64,000 nucleotides of DNA from a virus: positions 65,907 to 129,906 of IMG/VR virus record IMGVR_UViG_3300030333_006551. One strand, written 5' to 3'. Made by a program: the position numbers and the translations under genes. A model generated the notes under the pieces. That model was not told the origin of the DNA. It worked only from the letters and a program-made list of their open reading frames with translations, and searched no databases. Of this stretch, positions 8,541 to 19,242 are shown in pieces (the first letter of the stretch is position 1; the number at the start of each line of letters is the position of its first letter).

Positions 8541-8836
8541 AATAAGTGTTTCGTTAATTTCCCTGTCAATAAGGGTCTGTAGATATCTATATCTATTGTC
8601 TCAAAAAAGTTAAGGACTTGATCTCTTGAATATTTACATTTCTTAGTTAAATATAAGTATAAAGTATTTATTTTCAATACTTTACCTTTATTTATAGTAT
8701 GTAATATTTTTAACTGAAAATGCTTAATAAATTTTTCACTATACTTATGTCTCCATTTCTCCGTAAATTCATTACTTAGCGTATGATTAAGGAGATCAAG
8801 AAAATCAATTAACTCGATGTCTACTGTATTACTCAT
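8537..8836 (-). CDS. hypothetical protein
   Basis: 99-aa ORF coupled to the DUF1360-like gene. Confidence 0.65.
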   Translation of the reverse strand: MSNTVDIELIDFLDLLNHTLSNEFTEKWRHKYSEKFIKHFQLKILHTINKGKVLKINTLYLYLTKKCKYSRDQVLNFFETIDIDIYRPLLTGKLTKHLL

Positions 8837-8854
8837 TGTTTAACCATTAATATA

Positions 8855-8862
8855 TATAAATA
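8855..8862 (+). promoter_or_regulatory. T4-type late promoter TATAAATA heading the tail/baseplate operon
   Basis: Exact T4 late consensus 9 nt upstream of ATG 8872. The window encodes a gp55-like sigma factor. Confidence 0.55.
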
Positions 8863-8871
8863 TAGACAGAC

Positions 8872-9366
8872 ATGGCTAAATTCTCTAAAACTTTCTTGAA
8901 TAAACTTTTGGACCTTGTTTTGGCAGGGTCTTTCGGTAATCCCGAAACTGTTGAAAAAATGGGACTACGGGAAAATACTACCCAGCTATTTAAAGGTAGT
9001 AGCCTTATTGATGCAGGGGATATGGTTTATTTTAGTTATACGGGAGAAGAACGACTTCTTTTCGTAACTAAAGCCAGGGGAGGTGGTGGTATTTATAATA
9101 CTCCCCAAAATAATAAAGTAATCTCTGGATTTTTAGTTAATGATGTACCTGTAGAAGTAATTCATACTGTTCTTACAGGGCTATATAAAAATGCACAGAG
9201 GTACGGGTTTCCCGTCAGATCGCTATTTACTTATAAAGCAACAAAAGGACTATCCAGGGTGTTTAGATCTGAAAATTTTAGAACTTTTATGACAACCAAA
9301 GTTGATGGTAATATAAATCAACTTAATATGGAAATAAATCCGAACGCAGAAATTACTGAGCAATAA
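8872..9366 (+). CDS. hypothetical protein (weak resemblance to T4 gp2-like DNA end protector)
   Basis: 164-aa ORF. The GDMVYFSY...LLFV...GF pattern is only suggestive. Confidence 0.55.
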   Translation: MAKFSKTFLNKLLDLVLAGSFGNPETVEKMGLRENTTQLFKGSSLIDAGDMVYFSYTGEERLLFVTKARGGGGIYNTPQNNKVISGFLVNDVPVEVIHTVLTGLYKNAQRYGFPVRSLFTYKATKGLSRVFRSENFRTFMTTKVDGNINQLNMEINPNAEITEQ

Positions 9367-10979
9367 TGGTAAGTCAGAACCAAAACACTTTTTTCACTCT
9401 AAATGAGTCACTAAATCTAGTTTATACAGGTTTAGATGGACTCAGAAAATCCATGGATATGGGTCATTTGGCTTTTAACGCTTTAATAACACCAGTAAAG
9501 GAATTAGGAAGAGCAGTTCAAGAAGCTAATAATCTGCAAAAACAATCGCTTGCAATAGATAAAACTTTAGCAGGGTTAACCGAAGGAAATAATGCAGCAC
9601 TAGCGTCTTTACGAGGGGGCTTTGCCGAAAATACTCAATCTCTTATAGAACTAAGAAGCGCGGGTTTTGATAAGTTAAACCCTGCAACGCTCCAATTAGC
9701 GACTTTTATGAGAAACACTGGGCAAAGCACTCAGGGTCTTATGAAATTAAATCAGCTTCTCTTTAATCAGGGAGGGTTAACTGAAAATTCATTAAACAGC
9801 TTATCTGAAAATTTGATGTATACTTCTACTGCTTACAATATCACAACTACTGATTTAATTGGAGCAGTCCAGGAACTTTCGGGTAAAATGGGAACTTTCG
9901 GTCAGTTAGGTATTGCTGGTCCTTTATCTGATGCTGTAATTGAATTAACTGGTCGAATGGGAGCGCAGTTCGGAAGCACTATTGGAAAGTTTGCCTCTGT
10001 ACTTGCAGATCCCGCAACTAGCTCTTCACTGCTTCAACGATTAGGATTATTAGAAATTGCTAGGGATATTAGAGCGGGAACACTGTCACCCTCTCAGATG
10101 ACTGAGAGACTGTCAGACGCAATCTCTATCGGTGCTAGACAAACTCAAGCTCTTACAGGTGGAGCAGGAGGGGAGTTAGGTGAAGTATTCACTGCGTTAC
10201 TTGGTATCGCAGGTGGAGAAGGTGGTTTGGGGCAGATGGCTTTACAGTTAAATAGAGCAGGCATGGCACCTGAAGGACCAGAACAGGTCTTAGCAAATCA
10301 GATGCGAGAGTTAAATATATTATTTTCTGAAATAGGTGAACCATTAAAAGAAATGGGTGCTATTTTATTACCACCTATAGTAGATATTTTAACTACACTA
10401 AAAACTCCACTAAAAATTCTAGTAGCAACACTATTCCCTGCTCTTATTGGAGTAGCTACAACTTTATTAACCGTTCAAGCTACTAGATTTGCCATAACAA
10501 CGGCACAGTGGGTGGCTACACAAATACAGGGGAAAACCTTAATCGGTGCCATAGGTAGCTTAATAGGCGCTACTCATGGGAATACAATAGCACAAACTAA
10601 ATCCGCTACCGCTGCACTTGCTGCGGGTGGAGTAATAGGCATTTTACTTGGCGCTGTTGTAGGTATAGGTACGATGGCTGCATCAATGTCAAGCATAGCA
10701 AAATCAAGTGAAGAAAGCCTTCAAATGGAGAAGGATAAATTCCACAACGAACAGAGAAGGCAGCAGATGGATGTTGCAAGTACAAACTCCTTTTTACAAA
10801 TGGCAAAAGCTATTTCATCCGATGCAGGAATTGCTATGGCGTTCCGACCTGATTTATTAGATCCTATTCGTAGAGATGAAGTAGCTAGATCAGTAATTGA
10901 TTACTTAGATGAAATAGCCCGAGGTGTTGCAACTCCAGCACCAACTGATGTTGGTTTAATTATAGGAGCGACCCCATAA
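9366..10979 (+). CDS. tape-measure-like protein
   Basis: Ala/Gly/Leu-rich helical protein with hydrophobic segments, immediately upstream of tube-initiator and gp53-like genes. Confidence 0.6.
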   Translation: MVSQNQNTFFTLNESLNLVYTGLDGLRKSMDMGHLAFNALITPVKELGRAVQEANNLQKQSLAIDKTLAGLTEGNNAALASLRGGFAENTQSLIELRSAGFDKLNPATLQLATFMRNTGQSTQGLMKLNQLLFNQGGLTENSLNSLSENLMYTSTAYNITTTDLIGAVQELSGKMGTFGQLGIAGPLSDAVIELTGRMGAQFGSTIGKFASVLADPATSSSLLQRLGLLEIARDIRAGTLSPSQMTERLSDAISIGARQTQALTGGAGGELGEVFTALLGIAGGEGGLGQMALQLNRAGMAPEGPEQVLANQMRELNILFSEIGEPLKEMGAILLPPIVDILTTLKTPLKILVATLFPALIGVATTLLTVQATRFAITTAQWVATQIQGKTLIGAIGSLIGATHGNTIAQTKSATAALAAGGVIGILLGAVVGIGTMAASMSSIAKSSEESLQMEKDKFHNEQRRQQMDVASTNSFLQMAKAISSDAGIAMAFRPDLLDPIRRDEVARSVIDYLDEIARGVATPAPTDVGLIIGATP

Positions 10980-10982
10980 GTT

Positions 10983-11912
10983 ATGACTATATTAAGAATA
11001 GATTCACATATTGAGGAAAGATCAAGACTTGTTTTTGTGTTCCCAACTCATGATAAAGATGTTAAGAGAATATTACCTTTCTTTGAGAATGTAACAATTA
11101 AGGAGTCTAAGTCTGCTAAATTAGTAAAATATAACCCTATCGGTAGATCATCAAATTCTTTTGGATACACAGGTGCTGACTCTAGAAAATTAGCACTAAC
11201 TTTTAACATGACTTTGCCAAACATTCAAAGTTTTGTTACAGCAGGGATTGGATCTAATTTAGGCATGAGAAGAAGAGATAAGTCAGTTGAGAATTTACAA
11301 AAATCTTTCTTCCAAGACTTTACCAATCAAGAACGACTGGGGCCTGCTCGTTCAAGTAAATATGAAAAACAGTGGGAAGAAATTTTAGGAAAAGATCCTA
11401 CTGGATCAGGGGGAGAAAATAACGAGGAATACGATCTTTTAAAGTATAAAGAAAAAGTAGAAGATAGTCCTTTACTTGGAATGGATGAGATGAAATACCG
11501 CATAATTGATGCGATTGTATATTGGGCCAATTTAATTCGATCAAGTGTTTTAAATAACGCACAAAATCCTTTCTATGGACCTCCAATTGTTCGCTTAACC
11601 TATGGTGTACTATATCAGAACATACCTTGTGTATGCACTTCTTATCGAATATCTGCTGATGATAAAGCAGGTTATGACCAAAGAACTATGCTTCCTAGAG
11701 TGATAGGTGTTAGCATGGACCTTTTAGAGGTGCGAGAGGGAGACAGAGGAGCTTATAAGCAAGCGGTTCCAATTAGTCGAGATAACTTAGCAGGTTGGGA
11801 GTCTATTGTTCTTAGCGACTACCAATCTACTGATCCCATGATGAGCAGTTCGGATGTAGTCCCAGGAAAACCGATGACAAGCAGGGATGACGATAAACCT
11901 AGATGGAGATAA
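10983..11912 (+). CDS. tail tube initiator / baseplate protein (gp48/gp54-like)
   Basis: LPFFENVTIKES, YNPIGRS...GYTGADSRKL, PPIVRLTYG..Y..IPCVCTSY are typical tube-fold initiator motifs. Confidence 0.7.
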   Translation: MTILRIDSHIEERSRLVFVFPTHDKDVKRILPFFENVTIKESKSAKLVKYNPIGRSSNSFGYTGADSRKLALTFNMTLPNIQSFVTAGIGSNLGMRRRDKSVENLQKSFFQDFTNQERLGPARSSKYEKQWEEILGKDPTGSGGENNEEYDLLKYKEKVEDSPLLGMDEMKYRIIDAIVYWANLIRSSVLNNAQNPFYGPPIVRLTYGVLYQNIPCVCTSYRISADDKAGYDQRTMLPRVIGVSMDLLEVREGDRGAYKQAVPISRDNLAGWESIVLSDYQSTDPMMSSSDVVPGKPMTSRDDDKPRWR

Positions 11913-11915
11913 TAA

Positions 11916-12221
11916 ATGATTGGAGAAAGTAGAACTAGCATTACTCGATACGGGCATGGAGTTAGAGCACTATTCCATAAAGGCCGAAATATAACTACTT
12001 CTGTAGGGTCACAAATAGATGCCGTCTCAGAAAATATTACAGACGTGCAAACAAAAATTGGCAGAGTTCCAGCAGGATTTGAGCATAGACCTGACCTTAT
12101 CTCAAATGTTTTCTTTGGAACTCCAGGATACTGGTGGTATTTAATGTTAGTAAATGGAGTTACGGACCCTTTTGAAGGCTTTAATAGTGGGGATCAAATA
12201 CTTATACCAGTAATCTCGTAA
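11916..12221 (+). CDS. baseplate wedge protein, gp53/LysM-like
   Basis: RPDLISNVFFGTPGYWWYLMLVNGVTDPF...GDQILIP. Confidence 0.8.
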   Translation: MIGESRTSITRYGHGVRALFHKGRNITTSVGSQIDAVSENITDVQTKIGRVPAGFEHRPDLISNVFFGTPGYWWYLMLVNGVTDPFEGFNSGDQILIPVIS

Positions 12222-12225
12222 TGCT

Positions 12226-15200
12226 ATGGCTAGAACCAACAATAGAACTATTGCAACTTATAATGTTATAATAACATTAGATCAAGCTCTAGCTAGGAAG
12301 TTTTCGAAGCAAAGTAGTAGGGCAGAGTTTGCGTCTCTTCTTGAAACTAAGGCTGCTGGTTTATCTAATACGGCTGTTCTTAATAATAGAGATGAAAGTT
12401 TTTTAAGTCTTGACCATAAGGTAGCTTTTGGTGAGGGAGCAGACGATAAAGGTCTTACAATTAAAATTGAAGTATTAGAGCCTGAGCTTTTATTCTTAAG
12501 AACATTATTAGATACTGGCTTGTCCTCCAGATTAGCTAGAGTTGTAGAGCAAAGAAATCAGTTAGTAGAAGAAGCAGAGTCGAAAGGCGATACATTAGAC
12601 GCGAGCAGCGTGAGACATACTTTAACGGACAACCTGCCTAAGTTATTTCCTAAAGTCTATATTATGTACGGTGTAGGAGATGATCTAAGCCATTGGGCTG
12701 GACCATTTGAGTCGGTTCTTATTGATGTAACTTATGCTAACAACATGAAGAGCCTGGAGACTACAAAATATACATTTGTAGCCACACCAGAGGTTAAGAA
12801 GCTAAACCCAGAAAAAGCAGATCCGACTGAGGAAAAATTTGAATTCGCAGTCAGGGTTCCTTTGTTTGAATATAGAATGATAGACTTAACAGGGGGCGGT
12901 GAGGTGATGGTTGACGGTCTCATAGTCTCGAAGCCCACCTATCAAACCTGGAAACTTAAGCAAGAAACCAATAGAATTGCAGATTTAGATAGAAATATTA
13001 CTGAGTTAATAACACATTACCTCAAAGAAGTAGGTCTTCCAAATAGTTTGGTGGTTCTGCCAGATTTAGATAAGTTGCTTGAACGCTATTTGAAAAATAA
13101 AAAGGCTTCAGTGTACGATAGACTTACAGGAAGTGAACTAGGGACAGAGGAGTTTGTGACCTCTGACTCCGCAGGACTTAGCCCTAGATCTGCCAGAATC
13201 AGAAGGGCAGAGAGTACACCAAATTTTGCGGCTGAGTTAGCAAGAGATATTTATGGGGAGTTAGGTTTAGATGTAGTTGCCATGTCTCCCGTTAAAGGAA
13301 TTTCAGATTCCCCCGTCGTAAATAATGAAGAATATATAGATTTAGCAACACCTCACAGAGGCGCTCAACATTGGCTTGCTTTTAAAATTGATAATGAGAT
13401 GGCAATGCAGATAAACCAAGGCAACAGGTTAGCTCCAATAACTGAGTTGCTTAGAAAAGTATCCACTGCCACTTCGGAAGAACTTATGCAACCTTATTGG
13501 TATTGGGAAAGTAATGTAGAGCTAATTGATATTTACAAAAAGATGATAGGAACTTCTTACTCCTTGTTAACTGGCTCTTTACCATCTAGTGAGCCTGGGT
13601 TATTTGTAATTGGAGCTAGAAAATATATAAAAAACTATTTACAAGGTGGTATTTTTGTAAATAATCCAACATTAGATAAAAAAACACAACAATCTCTTCT
13701 TCGTGGAACCGCTAAACATATTAAATATATTCCACCTTCAAATGACCCTCGCGTAGGGAGAGGTGGAGACCCTTTCTGGAATAGGCTAATTGATTTAAAT
13801 GACCCAACTACTCCTGCATATACTTCGAATCCTGTGCTAAGTAATTTTGCAGATACAGGATTACCTTTTTTTGCGTACATTCAAAGCATAATAACTAAAA
13901 AGTTTAAAACTACTAGTTTCTTCGATCCTGATTTAGCGATAAACAAAATACCAGATGAATTTAATTACTCACAGGAAGCGAAAGAAAAGATTGCTAATTT
14001 CGGTATTCCTGTTTTTAGGTGTAATACTTCAAACCCTAATGTAATTCATCTAAACATCAAGACTGAAGAGGGGTTTTTTCCACTACTTAATTTAAGTTTT
14101 AGTGAGCTACAATGGACCTTAGCTAACCAAACAGCAGCCATCCCTCATAAGCATATTAAAGCTTCAAGTAAAACAATTACTTCTGCTGATGTTTTAGCTT
14201 TATACACAAGAATTTTAGAAGATTATAGTAGTTCTGACCCTTTATTTGCACATGCTAGAGCAATGATGGGCAAACCTCCTGTTAGCGTAGGATCTTTGGC
14301 TAAAAATTTAGCCACATTGTTGACAACTACAACGGGCCTAGGCATGTCAAAGATTCATAAAAAATATACCAAATCTTCGTCTTTGTCTTTTTTGCATTTC
14401 TTTTTTAAATTATTTAATTTTAGATTTTCGGGGCAAATAAGAACTCTTCCAATGTTTGAATATTCAGATGGTGCTATTTTAAGTAGACCTTCTTTGCTTT
14501 TTGTAAATAGATTAAATCAAGTTAGGCAATTATACGATGGAAAAACAAATAGAAACCCAGTAAACAGTTTTTATTCAGGTCTTTATAGAATCTTTGGTTT
14601 TAGACATTATATATCAAATCGTGATGCCTATTCTGAATTCCTTGTCATAAAGGATCCTATAGAAATGGACGATCAGAAACTTGGAGCTGGAGGTGCCCTT
14701 GGTTTAGCTGCGCGAACTGCATCAATGGCTGGTATAAAAATTGCAGGAGCTATGACCGCTGCATGGCATGCTGATCTTCCTACTGACCCTGCACATTCTG
14801 GCAAGCCTGCACCAGACCCTAGGATTGATCCATTCTATTCTGACCCTGCTGCCGCTGATGTCCCACCAGATATAGATCCTTGGACACTGCCACCTCTACC
14901 TGAGTATACTACTCCTACAGACCCTGTAAGTACTCCTAGTACACCTACAGATCCCGTAGTTATACCTCCAACAAAAGACGCAGGTGATTCAGTTCTGGAT
15001 ACGGAACCAGTCAGGGCTCCGATGCATACACCCACACCGATCCCTCTCCCCGATGACCTACCCCCTACCTCCGTCGAAGATGAATCGCCTGATACTTTTG
15101 AAGGAGAATTAACTCCTATTATAACATATAATATAGATGTAAGAGATTGGGTGGAAAGAAATACAGATTGGAATCGTGTTTCTAGTGATAATGATTGGGA

Positions 15201-15399
15201 AGGATTAGCCGCTAGTGTTATAGCTAGATGGAGAGCACAGAATTCCGAATACGGACATGATGCTTACAACGATTATTTAGGACATTCAGATCTTTCTACT
15301 ATGAGTAAATCAGAGGAAGAAGTTTTAGAAGGATACTGGCGTTCAATGGGTTATACCCACCCAGACTCCAGCCCAGGAATGATACCAGCTATTGATTAA
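12226..15399 (+). CDS. baseplate hub protein (gp27-like position) with Pro/Thr/Asp-rich C-terminal extension
   Basis: Lies between gp53-like and gp5-like genes. FYSGLYRIFGFRHYIS resembles the hub C-terminal motif. PTDP repeats near the end. Confidence 0.55.
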   Translation: MARTNNRTIATYNVIITLDQALARKFSKQSSRAEFASLLETKAAGLSNTAVLNNRDESFLSLDHKVAFGEGADDKGLTIKIEVLEPELLFLRTLLDTGLSSRLARVVEQRNQLVEEAESKGDTLDASSVRHTLTDNLPKLFPKVYIMYGVGDDLSHWAGPFESVLIDVTYANNMKSLETTKYTFVATPEVKKLNPEKADPTEEKFEFAVRVPLFEYRMIDLTGGGEVMVDGLIVSKPTYQTWKLKQETNRIADLDRNITELITHYLKEVGLPNSLVVLPDLDKLLERYLKNKKASVYDRLTGSELGTEEFVTSDSAGLSPRSARIRRAESTPNFAAELARDIYGELGLDVVAMSPVKGISDSPVVNNEEYIDLATPHRGAQHWLAFKIDNEMAMQINQGNRLAPITELLRKVSTATSEELMQPYWYWESNVELIDIYKKMIGTSYSLLTGSLPSSEPGLFVIGARKYIKNYLQGGIFVNNPTLDKKTQQSLLRGTAKHIKYIPPSNDPRVGRGGDPFWNRLIDLNDPTTPAYTSNPVLSNFADTGLPFFAYIQSIITKKFKTTSFFDPDLAINKIPDEFNYSQEAKEKIANFGIPVFRCNTSNPNVIHLNIKTEEGFFPLLNLSFSELQWTLANQTAAIPHKHIKASSKTITSADVLALYTRILEDYSSSDPLFAHARAMMGKPPVSVGSLAKNLATLLTTTTGLGMSKIHKKYTKSSSLSFLHFFFKLFNFRFSGQIRTLPMFEYSDGAILSRPSLLFVNRLNQVRQLYDGKTNRNPVNSFYSGLYRIFGFRHYISNRDAYSEFLVIKDPIEMDDQKLGAGGALGLAARTASMAGIKIAGAMTAAWHADLPTDPAHSGKPAPDPRIDPFYSDPAAADVPPDIDPWTLPPLPEYTTPTDPVSTPSTPTDPVVIPPTKDAGDSVLDTEPVRAPMHTPTPIPLPDDLPPTSVEDESPDTFEGELTPIITYNIDVRDWVERNTDWNRVSSDNDWEGLAASVIARWRAQNSEYGHDAYNDYLGHSDLSTMSKSEEEVLEGYWRSMGYTHPDSSPGMIPAID

Positions 15400-15401
15400 A
15401 A

Positions 15402-16472
15402 ATGGAAAATATTAAAGTAGGAACAGTAACAAGTAATGCAGATCCAACCCGCCAAGGAATGATAGCAGTTCAATTCGACGGTGAGCTTCCTGGATCCGTA
15501 TGGGTATGGTATGGAACTCCATACGGTGGAGGTCATCATAGTGGCTTCGGCGCTATTCCTGAAGTTGGCACTAGAGTTCTTTGCTGCAAACCAGAGAATG
15601 ACCCTTCGTACCATTTCTTATCCTGTACAACTGCACCAACACAAAATTCAGAAATCCAAGGTAGACCTGTATTTGAGGATGAGGCAACTAGCAAAAATAT
15701 AGGATTTAATCCAAAATTATATAATTTTGCTGCCGTTCCCATGTCCTATGGCATTACAACTCCCCTAAAAAACCAAATTTTACTTAAAGATGACCGAAAT
15801 TCAGCAAGGATGAACCCAGGGATACGCTTAAAATCGGCAACTGGTAAGGTTGTAGCTCTAAATGATGCTCCTGGAGTAGATGCTATCGTACTCAAGACTG
15901 GAAATGAGATGGCAGGAATAAAAATAACGGAAAATAAGGTTAAAGAGGGAATTGTAGGCCCAAATTCCATTTATTCTGCTTGTAAAGGCTCATCAACAAC
16001 TGTAAGTAGGGAGGGAAACATAACTTTAGAGGTTGGAACTAATGGAAGAGAGATTCAACTAGTAAATAAGTCCAGTGTAAAGCATGGTGAGGCTCCTTAT
16101 AACAAATCTTCTGGAAATATTAGGATTATTTCTGATAACGGTAACATTATTATTGAAACTTATGATGTAGAAGGTGGAGTATTCATAGATACTAAGGGTG
16201 GAGATGATTCTACTGTACAAGTTCGTAGCAGAGGGAATGTAGGAGTATTTGCTTCTAAAGGAATTGCAATGAGAAGCGCAGGTGATGTAAATATAAAAGG
16301 AGCCAATGTTAATATACAAAGTGATGCAGGCGGTAAAATTGAATTAAACCCTACATTTGATGTTGATGATAATATGAGCATACAATTAAACAATTACGAT
16401 CAAATGAAAAATGAAGATGGTAACTACAGCTTCTTTGACGAAGACAAGTTAGAGGATTTAAGCGAGACTTGA
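15402..16472 (+). CDS. baseplate central spike, gp5/gpV-like (OB-fold plus beta-helix)
   Basis: GTVTSNADPTRQGMIAV...PYGG...GFGAIPEVGTRVL OB-fold, followed by beta-strand repeats. Confidence 0.8.
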   Translation: MENIKVGTVTSNADPTRQGMIAVQFDGELPGSVWVWYGTPYGGGHHSGFGAIPEVGTRVLCCKPENDPSYHFLSCTTAPTQNSEIQGRPVFEDEATSKNIGFNPKLYNFAAVPMSYGITTPLKNQILLKDDRNSARMNPGIRLKSATGKVVALNDAPGVDAIVLKTGNEMAGIKITENKVKEGIVGPNSIYSACKGSSTTVSREGNITLEVGTNGREIQLVNKSSVKHGEAPYNKSSGNIRIISDNGNIIIETYDVEGGVFIDTKGGDDSTVQVRSRGNVGVFASKGIAMRSAGDVNIKGANVNIQSDAGGKIELNPTFDVDDNMSIQLNNYDQMKNEDGNYSFFDEDKLEDLSET

Positions 16473-16473
16473 T

Positions 16474-19242
16474 ATGGTTAATTTTCCAAAGCTAGACCTA
16501 AAAAACGGACTGTTTATCCAAAATTTAGATAACCCTGTAGAGGGATATCTAATGGAATGGGGTGTGCCTACCTGCATGATTGAGCTTGGAAAAGATGTAC
16601 TATCCCTTATCCCAGGGGATACCTTAGGCGGCTTTGCCCTAGGTATCCAAGAAGGTAAGGAAGCAGCCCAAAATGCAATAGCGGACGCTATGGCTTGGGC
16701 TTTTAGGGATTTAGGTATCATGGAAATAGATGCTGATACTGGAAAACTAAAGTTCCTTTCTTCAAGTTCTCGGTACGGAATCGACGCGCAATGGGCAGAG
16801 TATGCAGGGTACGCTTTCGGTGTAGCCGATGCTTTGGCTGATTTATATGGTCAAGGTAGCGAGATTTACGAAAATATAAGTAAATGTCTTGATGATACAG
16901 AGGCTTGGTTTAGGTTAGTTGATGGAGAAGAGACAGGAAGCGCACAACTCGTTTTAGATGGTGGACCAGGAGCAGGAGGTGATCCAAATGATCCCACTGA
17001 CCCCGCAAACCAGTCTCCATTCCAAAAGAACAGACAGGGGGAGTTTTTAATTATGAAACAGCAGGTACAAACTGCTGTAAACTTCTCCAATAAATGCACT
17101 AGTGCTTTAAATTTAATTTCGGAGGTACTAGCTGAACGGGAAGTAGAAGCGGCTAGAGTAGCAGAAGAAGAGGAAACAAGACCCGTATTTAGGTTAGTAT
17201 TCGGACCTCCCACGGCAAAAAAAGGACAATTCCTACTTTCTAGAGATGGTCTCTATTATGATTCTCAAAATAGATCCTACACTGATGGAGGGCCAATTCC
17301 AACTAGCGCAGATTTAGGAATAGTAATTCCAGGCGATAAATGGGGTTTAGAACATGATCCCAACTTAGGTGGTAAAGGAACCACTGTTGCTTTAAGCGAG
17401 CTAGGCAAGTATGTGGATACCTTCTTTGATGTTGATCAGGTAAACAATACGCCTTCTATGGCTACACATTACACGGAAGATCATTTCTTACAAGTACTAG
17501 AGAATCAAAAGAATAAAGAAGTATATGACCTTTCCAGTCATGTAAACAGCCTCGTAGCCTCAGGATATGATGCTAAGTCTGCATTAGTAGTTAACTTCCA
17601 ACAAAGTATATTTGCAGCAATAGATAGGCATACTCAGAGAATTAACAAAAGAAAGAAGCAAATTGAAGTAGCAGTATTAGCTAATCAAATGTTCGGTGCA
17701 GATCAAACTTTCCTTCCAGGCACTGTTCCTATTAACGACTTCTCTTATCTTAGTGGGATAAATCTAGATGTTGATATAAAAAAGCAACGCAACCTAACTT
17801 TTGAAGAGGGTGAGGTTGAAGGCATAGTCTTGCCTATTAGACCTAAATTTGTTCGCTCTGCTAGGGCGGAAGCGCAAACATTAGCACCTCCAATGATAGT
17901 CCCTCCTGTTGGTGCGGGAGGAATTATTAACCTAGGTGAGTTTAGCTCTACTGACGCCCCCGTATTGTCCCTAACAGATAACATTGTAACAGACAATCTG
18001 TTCGCTGTTTATAATTTCTTAAATTCTGATATCGTTGGCACAAATTCTAATGATTACAAAGTGCTTAACTGTGCGAATAATTCAGCTAATAATGCTCAAT
18101 TAGTAGCATCGGATGCAGGTGATGTGTTTGATAAAGGTTTAGGTCTTGCTAAACTTAAAGGGATAACCAGACAGCAATACAAAAATACGGAAGTGTACAC
18201 AAGTGCATTAGGTAGTTTTGTTAAGCTACCAGACTCCATCGACTTCCAAAATTTATTATATAATCAAAATGGAGCTAGTATAGATGCGTGGGTGCATATC
18301 CCTCAATATGGAACTTCTTTTAGTGGTGCTGAAGTTTATGGTGAAGCCTCTAGTACAACAGTGGATACTAATTCAGGGGATTGGGCAGACTACAACTACT
18401 ATAAATTGTTGTTAGCTTGTGAAAATACAGGAGGATCTCTTGTAGCTAATGCTGATAACATGATGTTAGAAGATAATACTACCGTAACAACTAAAGGTTT
18501 TGTTATGGGCTTTAGTAGGGATCCTCAAATTTATTCATCAGAACGGGTCACTCCAGGCAGCGATACAGATCCAGCTAGTTCTTTAGGGTTAGCTGCGAGC
18601 GCAACTGCTGCATCTAGCTGCTTCTTTTTAGCCACTACGCAATCTCTAAATGCTTCTGATGTTGAATTTGTATCTGTTAGCTCTGTAGATAACGGTCTCC
18701 GATATTCTAAAATGACGGTTGATTCTTCTACTACTGTAAATAGTGTAAAGTTTAATGATGTGTCAGGTGATTTTATGCATATTAATGTGTCATTTGATCC
18801 TAATGTTGATGAAGTTCGAATACATTTGGACGGTAATTTGATGGCTACCTCCGCAATGTCTGATGTATTTGGTATAGCTAAAAATAGTATGCCTAGAATT
18901 CCTACCTTTATTACACCCGCAGATGCTACAACTAGTAGTTTTTACTACTATAGCGGAACTGTAAATCAACTAGGTACAAGTGCCTTTAATGAGGGACCAA
19001 ATAATTACAACAATACAATAACAGGTAGTCTGTATACTCCTTGGATTGTTGGTGGGGGCTGGACTGATGGTATGAAAATTACAAGTTCTTCTGGTGGCTT
19101 TATGTCAGAAAGGCACGGATACAGGAGTGCTCTAGATGGTTATGTTGGAAGTTTAAAGTTCTATTCGAAAGCCCTAACTACTAAAGAGGTAGTAACTAAT
19201 TATAAAGCACAAAAAGACTTTTTCAAAAACATTAAGCTATGA
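16474..19242 (+). CDS. virion structural protein with C-terminal LamG/concanavalin-like domain
   Basis: ASIDAWVH, MHINVSFD...IHLDG, LDGYVGSLKFYSKALTTKEV..NY. Sits in the baseplate cluster. Confidence 0.7.
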   Translation: MVNFPKLDLKNGLFIQNLDNPVEGYLMEWGVPTCMIELGKDVLSLIPGDTLGGFALGIQEGKEAAQNAIADAMAWAFRDLGIMEIDADTGKLKFLSSSSRYGIDAQWAEYAGYAFGVADALADLYGQGSEIYENISKCLDDTEAWFRLVDGEETGSAQLVLDGGPGAGGDPNDPTDPANQSPFQKNRQGEFLIMKQQVQTAVNFSNKCTSALNLISEVLAEREVEAARVAEEEETRPVFRLVFGPPTAKKGQFLLSRDGLYYDSQNRSYTDGGPIPTSADLGIVIPGDKWGLEHDPNLGGKGTTVALSELGKYVDTFFDVDQVNNTPSMATHYTEDHFLQVLENQKNKEVYDLSSHVNSLVASGYDAKSALVVNFQQSIFAAIDRHTQRINKRKKQIEVAVLANQMFGADQTFLPGTVPINDFSYLSGINLDVDIKKQRNLTFEEGEVEGIVLPIRPKFVRSARAEAQTLAPPMIVPPVGAGGIINLGEFSSTDAPVLSLTDNIVTDNLFAVYNFLNSDIVGTNSNDYKVLNCANNSANNAQLVASDAGDVFDKGLGLAKLKGITRQQYKNTEVYTSALGSFVKLPDSIDFQNLLYNQNGASIDAWVHIPQYGTSFSGAEVYGEASSTTVDTNSGDWADYNYYKLLLACENTGGSLVANADNMMLEDNTTVTTKGFVMGFSRDPQIYSSERVTPGSDTDPASSLGLAASATAASSCFFLATTQSLNASDVEFVSVSSVDNGLRYSKMTVDSSTTVNSVKFNDVSGDFMHINVSFDPNVDEVRIHLDGNLMATSAMSDVFGIAKNSMPRIPTFITPADATTSSFYYYSGTVNQLGTSAFNEGPNNYNNTITGSLYTPWIVGGGWTDGMKITSSSGGFMSERHGYRSALDGYVGSLKFYSKALTTKEVVTNYKAQKDFFKNIKL

